DNA of 63,734 nt, counting the filler, from Rhabdomonas costata (taxonomy: Eukaryota), in NCBI GenBank assembly GCA_019059605.1. It is 29 parts of 29 records of this genome, joined end to end, with 100 filler letters (N's around TTAATTAATTAA, not from the genome) between each part and the next. Parts side by side here need not be neighbours in the genome. Positions count along the whole stretch, not along the records: positions 37,420 to 39,519 come from JAHMHO010005644.1; positions 39,620 to 41,724 come from JAHMHO010005645.1; positions 41,825 to 43,932 come from JAHMHO010005646.1; positions 44,033 to 46,132 come from JAHMHO010005647.1; positions 46,233 to 48,331 come from JAHMHO010005648.1; positions 48,432 to 50,537 come from JAHMHO010005649.1; 23 more parts are not named here. The stretch is one strand, 5' to 3'. The notes beneath the pieces are model-generated. The model was not told where the DNA came from and ran no database searches. It was given only the letters and a program-made list of their open reading frames with translations. This document shows, in pieces, positions 38,011 to 49,000 of this stretch. The position numbers and the translations under genes are program-made. Each line of letters opens with the position of its first letter. Position 1 is the stretch's first letter.

Positions 38011-39519
38011 AGGGGGGCTTGGCATCCCCCGATAACCCAACCCCAAGTTGCCTCCTGCTCCATTCGCTTCCCGTTCCTGTGCACATGATGGCCGCAAACG
38101 CCTGGGCTTGCCCACAACCACCCCCACTACCAGACTCTCTTCCACTCGCTGTTCCCCCTGACACGCCTCCTCCCCAGCTCTGTTCGTCTTCCTCCACATC
38201 CTCCATTTCAGGAGCTCCTCCTGTTACGGCTTCCTCCTCCAGGCCGCTGTTCAGCTGCCCTCATCCCGACTGCCCGGCGCATCACAAGGGGTGGCGAGGA
38301 CTTCAGTCTGTCCTTTCCCACCTTGAGAAGGTGCACCTACAATCTGGTGGGTCTGTACCCTCTCCGTGGCTGCAGCTTCATGCCCGCTGGGTGTGCTCCC
38401 GTTGCTCGCGACTCCCGGCGCTCAGCCGGGCCTGCCCCCAATGCGGGCAGCACTGCCAGGATGGGGCCCCGCGAACCAAGAGGCCACGTTCGGCGGATTC
38501 TCCGCATGACACAGCGATTGAAGCCTACTTGTCCACCCTTGACTCCAATTCGCCACTGATCCCTCCAGCCCCGGCAGGACCTCTTCCCTCCCTGGAGCAG
38601 CTGTTGGGGACACACGCGGCGACTCTCCGACACATCCCGAAGGGTGCACGGGTGGCTTGCGCCGAAGCATACGCTGCCGCGCTGGAAGCCTTCGCCCGGG
38701 ACCCCAACCCCTACACCTCCTTTCTCCTCCAGGGGTTTCCAAAGTTGGTTTTAGCCCCCCTCCCCCGTAGCGGTCGCAGCCACCAGTCGCAGGCAGCTTC
38801 CGTGGTGCATCGACGGTTGACGCAGTGGAGCGCTGGGCAATTCTCTGTCCTGCTGGCTTCATTACCTCCTGCACCAAAGCTGGGCCGGGGCCCCACCGAA
38901 ACCGCAATGGTCTCGGCCTCCCTCCGCCGCGCAGTGATCGCTTCGGCCGCCGAGCACAACCCCGGCAAAGCGGCCAGGCTTCTCTTCTACAATTCGTCCC
39001 CTGCCGTCCCTGCCCAGAACGCCCTGGAGCAGCTGCAGGTTCTCCACCCCCCCTGGTCCCGCAATTACGGCGGGTCCGCCGCCCACCGACGACGTGGTCA
39101 GCTTGTCCCCCGATGCGGTTCGGGAGGCCGCCCTATCCTTTGCCCCAGGCTCCTCAGCGGGACCGTCGGGTTCCGCCCCGTCTTCCTCCGGGAGCTGCTG
39201 CGATGCGGCCCCACCCAGGTGCAAGACTCCCTCCTTCGGGCGCTCACTGTGGTGACGAACTTGTTCGCTAATGGGAAGATTCCCCCCTCCCTGGCACCTT
39301 TCTTCGCGTGCGCACGCCTGATTAGCTTGCAGAAAGAGGGAGGGGGAATCCGACCCATCGCGGTTGGTGAGACGCTGCGGAGAGTGGTGGGTAAGGCACT
39401 CCTGAGTGACCAGTCCTCTTATTTGACTTCCATTCTGGCCCCCCATCAGGTGGGTGTTGGGGTTCCCAATGCCTGCGAAATGATCGCACACGCGGTGCGG
39501 GAGTGGCACAACAACAATT
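38011..39519 (+). mobile_element. CRE-clade non-LTR retrotransposon, 5' half (zinc fingers and start of RT)
   Basis: CPHPDC...H.EKVH and CSRC...CPQC fingers; RT motifs SSAGPSG (shifted frame), ARLISLQKEGGGIRPIAVGETLRRVVGK, HQVGVG. Confidence 0.88.
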
Positions 39520-39629
39520 NNNNNNNNNNNNNNNNNNNNNNNNNNNNNNNNNNNNNNNNNNNNTTAATTAATTAANNNNNNNNNNNNNNNNNNNNNNNNN
39601 NNNNNNNNNNNNNNNNNNNTGTTTGTTGG

Positions 39630-41690
39630 GGCAGTGTAGGGCTTGCACCCCGAGCAGCACCTGCAGCAGCACGGAGTACAGCGCGGACCCGCAGAGGATG
39701 TGCCGCGGCAGCTTTCGGAGCACATCTGAAAAAGAAGGGAGAGGAAGGGCAGAGAGGAAGAAGGGTGCTACTGAATAAGCGCCAAAAGCACGGAAGAAGA
39801 TGCCGGGGGAGTTCCGCGATGCTTCCGTCGCCGACACCCAGGGGAAATCGAGGCTCAGAGGGACCTGCTAATCCTGCTTGGTGTTATGTTATTACCGTTG
39901 CACCCCTCCCCTCCATAGTACGCCGATGGGCAGCGGCCGCGGGCCATAGGCACACTGGGTGCAAGTGGCCCAATCTAGCCTAGCCTACCACAGGTGAATG
40001 TTCTGTAACAAACCTAAGCTTCCCGAATCAAGCGCTGACAGGGCCTTTCAATCAATCTCCGAAGGAAAGGGACCTAGAAACGCTGGTCAACCGCAAACGA
40101 TGTGCACAAGGCATCCCTTTTGGGGGAGGTCTTTAAATACTATCGCCAGTGGGGCTTCCCGCTGCTTGGCCGAGTTCCAGGGCGGCAGACTTCACTCCTC
40201 TGCTGCTGGGCGCTAAAACCGAAGAAATCCTAGGAATCCTCCATATAATTTGGCATAATATACCGCGGCTCGAATGAGCTCCAACCTCTGCGCTCGCCTG
40301 GTCTGCTGATCGCTCGGTCATCTTCCCAACCGTAGCACTCTTCCGGGGCTCGGGACTATGGGACTTTTTTTTAATCATTAGATCTTCAATTTCGTTCACA
40401 GATCTCCTCAGGATTCACTCGGGTGTCCGCACATGCACATGCATTCACACACACACACACACACCTTTCAGACTGCCGAGGTTCATGCTTGTCAGGATTC
40501 ACACGGGTCTCCGCACATGCACATGCATTCACACACACACACACCTTTCAGACTGCCGAGGTTCATGAACTCCATGATGATGTGGATCTCGTCCTCCACA
40601 AAGAAGGCCTGGAAGCTCTGCACGACGTGCGCGCTATTCTTCGTGATCGTCTCGTCCCGGATCACGCACAGCTCGCGGTACACGGACAGCGCGATCTCTG
40701 GGCGGCTGATCTTAATCACCAAATTCCCAGAAAAGCGAAGTTTTTTATTCTTTCGACTGAGGGCATTCGCCATAAAATGGCATTCATTCACTGCAAATCA
40801 AACAATCGGTTTGCTCATTTCACGGTGCCAGTGAATATTTGGCATTACTTTAGAATTGTACCCACGGCCAGGAACCCTAACCCTAACCCTAACCCTAACC
40901 CTAATCCTAACCCCCAAAGGTAACGTCAAAGAAGCCAATAAACACATGTCACTGAAAGTAGCCGTCTCGGATGTGCTCACATAGGGCAATAAAAGGGTCC
41001 AAGGAGCCACGGAGATGTTGCTCCTCCACTGGAACTCCTTCCAAAAAATACTTCGTGCTGGAACATCGCAACCCAGACTTACCCCTATGGGTATCACGCA
41101 ACATTGAAGTTCCGCACGCGGGGCAAAGCCTGCAGCCGACAATAATCTTGTACTTTTCCATCCATTTTCTTCGCTTCTTGTCATCTCCAACAATTTCCAA
41201 AGATCATAAAGCGTAAGCATCTCAAAAAAGAACCTGAAGACAGAGGTGGGTACAATTATAAAGTATCGCCGAACATTTCACCAGGAAAAACGGAATCTAA
41301 ATCACAGCAGCCTCATCACCCGATAGTGGTCCCTCTCCTTCAGACAAATTTAAGCGAATCAGGCGAGTTAGTGACACCAAAGCAATGTTGAAAACATCAT
41401 TGCTTAGTCCGGCACGGCAGCAGCACAACATCATATGGCGCGCAAGGGAGCAAGGAGACGAGCGCACAAGGCCGTGAGAAAGCCAAGGGAAGAACATATT
41501 ACACAAGGGGCTCCAAGCCCACCCCCTTCTGCAGGAAAGCCCAACATCTGCTGAGGGTTGCGGGGCACAGAGACCTTGTCGGCGTATAGCCTCTGCTTGG
41601 GCTTTCTCTTGGGCTCCGGCCTACTGAGCTTGCCCTCCTCTCCGTCCTCGTCAGAGTCTGCCGGGGCCTCAGGTGCTGCCCCAACGGGAC
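39630..41690 (-). CDS. STE/MAP2K-like protein kinase (exons 41690-41575, 40719-40545, 39725-~39630; partial)
   Basis: RLYADK|VIKISRPEIALSVYRELCVI...HVVQSFQAFFVEDEIHIIMEFMNLGSLK|DVLRK...QVLLGVQALH (subdomains II-VIa). Confidence 0.8.
40873..40913. repeat. Interstitial telomere-type repeat, (CCCTAA) about 6 copies
   Basis: aaccctaaccctaaccctaaccctaaccctaatcctaaccc. Confidence 0.9.
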
Positions 41691-42983
41691 CTGTTCAAAC
41701 ATTTTCCACCAGAACACAAACACANNNNNNNNNNNNNNNNNNNNNNNNNNNNNNNNNNNNNNNNNNNNTTAATTAATTAANNNNNNNNNNNNNNNNNNNN
41801 NNNNNNNNNNNNNNNNNNNNNNNNGGTGGGTGTGTTTGGGGGGTGTGGTAGGGTAGTTCAGCATTCTGCATTTCCCCATTGTGTTGGGCTCCTTGCACTA
41901 CCGTGGGGATGGGTTTTGAACTGGGCGGATTTTTCGGCAGATTCGGAAGATTTTTTCGGGAACCCATTATATACAGATGGTTACATCTTGAGAAGCTGCA
42001 GCTAGTTGTTTCAATTCACCATGTCGCTTGCACCACCGTTGACAAGCGCTTTGCACTACCCAATGCACCGGAATCACCGGAATTCTGCACCCCTCCCTTC
42101 CCCTCCGACTGTTTCCGTCGATTCCATGTTCGTGCTGCCCTTTTGATTTTCAGTTTTTTTTGGGGATTTGTTGCCTTTTTGGTTTTTAGGCCTCTTGTGG
42201 TGCTGGAAAGACTCGCCGAGATTTGTCCCCGGATCACAGGAAGTCCCGTGTGCTTAAGCAGAACGCTCTCGTCCGCTGATGCACTCACGTCTATGGCGGC
42301 GCTTTTCTTCATCGCCCATTGGACATCGCATCGGGGATCCTGTAATAAGCTCTGATTAGTTCTGATGGTTAAGGTTTGTTTGCGTCCCTGGCGAGCCCTG
42401 CTTTGCTGGCCCAGTCACAGTCGTCGTTTGAGGCTACGTTGTGCCTGGAGGGATGCCATAGCTCAGTAGGTTGGAATTTCTTGTGCCTCGGCTCCCGGCG
42501 GGAGCCTTTATTTACCAGTCTGCACTGTCTCTCTGTCCACCACAGGCCATGGGCTGATGAGACCCCTCCTTCTGTTCACTTTTTCAGTCACTTACGTCGG
42601 TGTTGCTTGCGGGGGCACTCGCTCACTTAATCACTCACCTGTGTGCAATACGCGCTATGAAGATAGTGATTCTGTGCTTTTTTTTTGTTTCTGTTTCGGA
42701 TTCTGTGTGCTGCGACTGTAATATAACCCCGAAAAGTAACTTCCGTGGTGACTACCCACGAGTTATGGTTGGTGCAGTGCTTCAGCGCTTTTGAGTGGAT
42801 AGGGAAATTCCCAATCCTTTACAGAATGTATGTTCCGAGCGCTTCCAGAATGCCGTCGCCCAGACAATAGACTTGCTGTTAATTGGTTGGTAATTATAGG
42901 AGAGTCCACCACGTGATTCTTCTTCTCGATGCGGGTGCAACTGCATCCTCGGTGGGAGTGCGACGCTCACTCGGCACATCGCA

Positions 42984-42985
<2 letters not shown>

Positions 42986-43018
<33 letters not shown>
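42986..43018. repeat. (CT)n microsatellite; other simple repeats at 1315-1342, 15657-15680, 28033-28076 and 59292-59329
   Basis: Direct reading of the sequence. Confidence 0.9.
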
Positions 43019-43020
<2 letters not shown>

Positions 43021-46000
43021 GCGTTACATTAACGTTGGGGTAGGGGGTGGGAAATAATAGAGTAACGTGCTCTTGGTTGGTCCCATCCAGTTCTGTAACA
43101 CGACATCCTCTTTTGGTGATTTATTGTGTGCGCGCGCTCCCGATCCGATCCGATCCGAGCCGAGCCACTTGACCTATGGTGCCAAGTGCTGTCTATCCAG
43201 AACTCTAAGTGACACTTGGGATACATAGTGTATTGATTAGTTTTGGCTGTGGTTGGTTGCAGGGGTCCGACTGGAATTTTGTTTTTCAGTTCAGTATCTT
43301 GTTCCTCTGTTAGCGTTTTTGACCTCCCCGTTGGGAGGTCGTTTTGGGTTGTACACATACACGCTTATTCTTATGAGAGACCTTGCTTTTCTCACGAGCT
43401 GATTACGGCAATATCATGGCGAATTCAAGCGAGTTATATTCTTCGAGGCACCCGTGTCTCTTTGCTGCAGAAGGTTTTCTCTGTTCCCTCCCTTCCCCTC
43501 CGAAACCTTCTCTGCAAAAAAAATGTTCTCGCAATCTTCCACTACCATGATAGCAGGGGCAACTATTGCTCTTGGCCTGGTTGGGGTGGTTTATATCCTC
43601 CGTCGCCGGAGACAGGCATCCCGAAAGGTGTAGCGCCCTGCAATCTCTACCTGGCTTGCGTTTCCTTTGTCCTTGAATTGCCACTGGACTGTAAGGGAAA
43701 AATTGTCCTCCCGGTTGTGATTCCCGACCAGGAGAGTTAGACAAACTTGGGAGTGAACACGCACATGAAGGTGTCGCGTTGTCACCAAATATGAATGATC
43801 GAAAAACCAGGGTTGCGCAGGGCAGCAAGAAGTCGAATGAGAGTTTCCTTTCGGAAACTTCTGCTTCCTTGCCCTCGGGTCGGCCCATGACGGATCAAGT
43901 TAGATCCCAACACGTCAAAACCCCACCAAAAANNNNNNNNNNNNNNNNNNNNNNNNNNNNNNNNNNNNNNNNNNNNTTAATTAATTAANNNNNNNNNNNN
44001 NNNNNNNNNNNNNNNNNNNNNNNNNNNNNNNNGAAAACTTTTAAAGTGCTATTTTTTAAGATGCACCTTTTAGGGTTAACAAAGGTCCCAGCTCGAACCC
44101 TACTTTCCACTTCTGCCTTTTCGCGCTAAAAAGGGGGGGCAAAGATGACACTTTCCACACATGCCCATGTCCACACATCTGCATTCTCCCCGCGCCAAAG
44201 CCACCCTCCCAGAAGTATGGCATGCCATACCCTCAAGACGCATTTCAGGGCAACCACTCTTCAACGTCCCCAGTGCACTAAATATGCACGAGAAATGTAT
44301 TCAGCCTCCCCTCGCCCGAGCGTCACGTGGCATGCCTTCCGTCGATCTGGCACCACCTCTCTCCTCCGTCCCCAATACCCTCGCCCCTGCCTCACTAATC
44401 GGGCAGGCTCTCCCTCTCCGACTGCGGCCACTGCCCATCCCTTCTCCATTTCCTCTTACCCTCCTCTCCTGCCCCACTGTGTGCCCACCTGACACTCCAC
44501 CTTCTGGAAGACTTTGTGTAGGGCCTGTCCTATCTAAGGGGAGTAAAGGCACAGATGACCCTGATCTGCATCTGTTCGGCTCCGCTTCTTCGCCGCTCAT
44601 TCCAATACCATGTGGAGACATCGATCTGACAGTGCAGCAACAACATCAGTGTTCGGTGACGGCGCAATCCCATGACATGGGAGTGGGGCGGCACTACAAA
44701 GCACACGGCATCACAAAGAATGCGACAACTACTAACGTGATTCATCATTTGCGCAGTACGCGGCTCAAACGAGGACGGTTAGGACCAGTGAAGTCGAATA
44801 ACCCACCACACCCAAACAAAGCAGCGGACGCCGGAGGAGTGTGAAACTAATCGCAAGGCAGCAATGGTGGAAGATCAAGGACACACACAAGACATGAGGG
44901 TGCGGCGGGGGTGTGAAAAGCCGGCACTGCGAAGATCACTGAGCTTCAGAGGAAAGTTCAACCACCGCAACATAACGAGCACAATAGACCAATGTGGCCG
45001 CACAACAACGTTCGTCAACCAACCCTTCCGACGCACGCACCGCGCGAATAAGGACGCGGATCGGCACGTTGGGCAGGCTCAGGCTAGGGTTCAGTGAGGA
45101 TAGTGCTGGGTCATTCCACCTCGTCACATTGCCTGAGGAAGATGGTGGACGCACAAAAACGAGGGATGCATGCAACCAACACCGTACAAGGTGAAATGGC
45201 ATGGCCCCGCGATGCAGTGCGGTCTCCACCTCAAGCTCTGTCTGCTACGGCTGTGTCGACCGATCTTTGGGACGGAGGGAGAAGTGTCGTGATTTCCGCG
45301 GGAGTTACTAAGGGGACGTGGCAAAGGATACCCCGTCATCCTTTACACCACCATAAATTGTGCCAGTGGAGAAAGGTTGAGTACTACAATTGAGGAACGA
45401 GAAATGAAGAAATCAGCAAGAAAGCAACCCCTTGGATTCACGACAAACGGAAATGTCGGCATTTCGGGGAAAAAGAATACGCAAGCCAGAACACAACTTC
45501 AGCTAACACACAGCACCGCGGCACAGGTCAATAGGCACAACCCTTACCAACGCACGCACATGTGACAGTGAAAAGAAAAAGGGGGCGACACTGCAACGGA
45601 GCAGTTTAACACATCCCACAACTTCACGGCACTACAAGCACGTTCAGCATTGTGCTTGAGTGCGCCTGTAAGTAAAAGGTAAGATAAAAAAGCTAAAACA
45701 ATCACCGTTACCTTGCATTTTGATCATAAAAGTTCGGCGGGGTTGCGTGGTGAAATCCCAGCCCCTAGACTCGTGATAGACCCACTTTTAGCGCTACTTT
45801 TAGCGCTGGGTCATCCCCTCGGCAGCGAGCAGGGCGGGAGGAAGGGGGGCACACACCCGCCCAGATGCTCGCCAGAAGCTCCGGAGTCAGCGTCAGAGAG
45901 CCCACCGCGTTGGGCAAGTTGTACCCAATCACCTGACCCAAGAAACCCACAAGACCGTCACCGCAACGAAGTCCAAGTATCGACCCATGCTATAAACTTT

Positions 46001-49000
46001 GCAAAGGCAAACTTTCTGGGGAAAACCTTCGCCTGGGTGTGGGTGCATCAGGTCAACCCCCCCCCCTCCGCCAAAACAAAAGCAAATATAGAACCAGCTT
46101 GGTCATGCACACCTACACACCTACAACACAACNNNNNNNNNNNNNNNNNNNNNNNNNNNNNNNNNNNNNNNNNNNNTTAATTAATTAANNNNNNNNNNNN
46201 NNNNNNNNNNNNNNNNNNNNNNNNNNNNNNNNTGTGGTGGGTGTGGTTGGTGTGTGTGTTGATCTTTTGAAGCGAATTGTCATTTCCCTAACCAGCTGTT
46301 TGTTGATAAGGTGGAAAGGGGAGGGGGGGTACAAATTGCCAGTTACATTGTTAAGGGTATCCCCCACCTCCTCAACCATTGTGTATTGCAAAGAGACTGT
46401 CCTAAGATGGTCTCCTAAGGCCCTTCTTTCGCCTCAGTCCTTCGCTAAGGCACACTCAGAGAGACTCTTTGTCAGATCTCTCTCTAACCCAGACTCAGCC
46501 CTCCGCCCCAGTCAGAACACTCCTAAGAAAGGGGGACAAATAATACTACGCCTTACGTTTCGAACGAACGTACGATCTGCCATTTTGATACACAAAAGTC
46601 TGGAGGTGAGCGTGTGAGGTGATGGGGGGGGGTATGGGGAGAACTATAGATCTCCGTGCCTCGAGAAGCGGAAAGGCGAAGTCCAGTCCACCAAGCCACT
46701 GTGCCCACTTGAAGGCCAGCCTGTCGTTTGGAAGCGGAGTGGTGCCCCACTCGCTAAAACACCACAGAGAGAAGCAACCCTCAACTTGCATCCCCATACG
46801 CAAACAACGAATAAAAAATCATCGAAACAAACCCGCAGAACGAAAAGTTTGGGCCAAAATCAAAATTGAGCGAGCTGTCACGCACCAGTAAGCTCCCCAG
46901 AAATACAAGAAATTCAGTATCATCAAGCAGTACCGGAGAATACATCGGAAACGAGCAGCTTGCATCACAACGGATAATTACGTCCACGGAACAATGCAAG
47001 GTCCAAGAGGTGGCCGAATCTACACTCAGAGATAGCTGAAATTTGACCTCAAAATGTACAAACTCCTTCAAACTTTCCTCAATACAGCACTGCCCAAACC
47101 CGCATAAAGCCTCCAACATAAAGTCTGCAAGAAAATTGCAAGCGCTGGTTACGTTCGAAACACATTTCAATCCAAAGAACACCCTCCCCGTGTGGACATA
47201 GATGCACTTCCGTACGACGCGAGTTGGCAGTGAATCCGTGACCTTTCACGACGCTAAGCCGGAAACGACTAAGCGGGATACGGGCACCCACGCCCACACG
47301 AATTTACCTCGGCAGACTCTTGGGGTTGGGGGACGAACGCCCGGTGTCCCCAGCAAAGAGCCCACTGAGGACACCGCCGTCAGAGCCCACTCTGTGAGGA
47401 GTTGCCAAAACATGCGTGAAGAGATGTAGAGAAGAGAGGTGCTTTTGTGCTTGTCTGATGTGACAGTGTATGAAGCTCTTATGTGGCAGAGTGCCATCCA
47501 ATACAACACCACACTATCTTGTTGTCCTAACCCACTCCGAAATCAAAAATTTGCCGAAGAAAACCCGTCCTATACAGAAGGTCCGATACGGAAAATGTTT
47601 GCACACTTGCAGTCGGCGGCCAACGCTTTACAAGCAGTTTCCAAACAGAAAGCAAAGCCCTCTACTGACCGGTTGTTGGGACTCGGTTTTCGAACAGGCA
47701 ACCATTCGAGAAGCAGTGTGAAAGCCCGTCGGTCACAGTTAAAAAAGTTCTGCGTAAGGTCACTACGTGGCGAATACCTGAAGGACGGGAAGAAGAGACT
47801 CAACGAATCCTCCATTGCGTGCAAAAAGATTGGACGAGGGTTTCCCATAGTGGTGGCGGCGGGAGGAAGGAGTGGGGATGGATTATAGGATTATAGAGCG
47901 TAGTGCATACGGGGACGATGCCAGCCCTGCGCTTGCTTTCGCGGACTCTGAGAAGTAGAGCATACCAACGCAGAACTCACGGGAAGGAAACGAGCAAAAA
48001 ATGACCCATTCTTCTCAACTTTCCTTTGGGTTTCCTCAGTTGTGTTTTGAAACTACGGGAGGAAGGAGCACTTTTTACGGATTCCAAAAGGCAAAGCGAT
48101 AACCACGGCAGTCAGACAGGTGAGCCAGAGGGTCCTGTTCCAGTGCACTTGCGCGCACTTTTGTTCCCCCGTCGAGGGGTAACAACACAGAGGGAAGGGG
48201 GGCCGCTGACTTACTGTGCGAGGAGGAAAGGTCCACGGCGATATGACCCAGGATGGGCACGAAGAAGAACTTCAGCGTGCAGGTGACTTCCTCGGCGGCC
48301 GATCCTATCACCCCCCCCCAACAAAAAAACANNNNNNNNNNNNNNNNNNNNNNNNNNNNNNNNNNNNNNNNNNNNTTAATTAATTAANNNNNNNNNNNNN
48401 NNNNNNNNNNNNNNNNNNNNNNNNNNNNNNNTGTTGTGGTTAGAGGGCTGGAGCTCGCAAGGGCGGCGGTTTAGTGCGCCATTGGGGTTTCCAAGAACCT
48501 CCGCCCAGCATCAGAGGGGTGTTCCTTACCTCGAGAAGCGGCCAAGCAGGGGAGAGCATTTGAAAGCCCGCTGGGTGCAGGCAAGTCGTCCACCAAAGCA
48601 GTTCCCTGTGCACGTAGTATATGTGTGCGTGTGCGTGTTTCCTTTCCTTCTTTTCTTTGCAATAACAAACACAGACTCACTGTCCCCAATTCAAAGAAGA
48701 GCTCTCCGTCCTTCATACTGCGCATGCGGTGGAACATTCAGGTTTGTGCCGCCCAATGAGGACGTTGCGGTGGTGCTCTCGACGGACAGCGCAGGCTTTG
48801 ACGTGCTCACAATGGCGCGCTCGGCGCCCAGCCCGGCTGGGTTCCGCTTTGTGGCCGTGGGGCCCTGAGAGTTTCCCTCCATCACTGTCTCGCCCGCTTC
48901 CCCCAACTCCCAATTCGTTTCCCAAGTCCATCAGCAACCTCAAGCTCAAGCTCTCCATTCTCTCTCTCTCTCTCTCTGCTCTCTCTCCATTGCACTGTCA

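Noticed and set aside
40798..40875. GRGYNSKV on the minus strand as the kinase glycine loop
   Set aside because: It lies downstream of the catalytic-Lys exon and within an inverted-repeat arm; coincidental.
44033..48331. Possible DIRS/tyrosine-recombinase or other element debris
   Set aside because: No convincing RT, RNase H or recombinase motif could be assembled.
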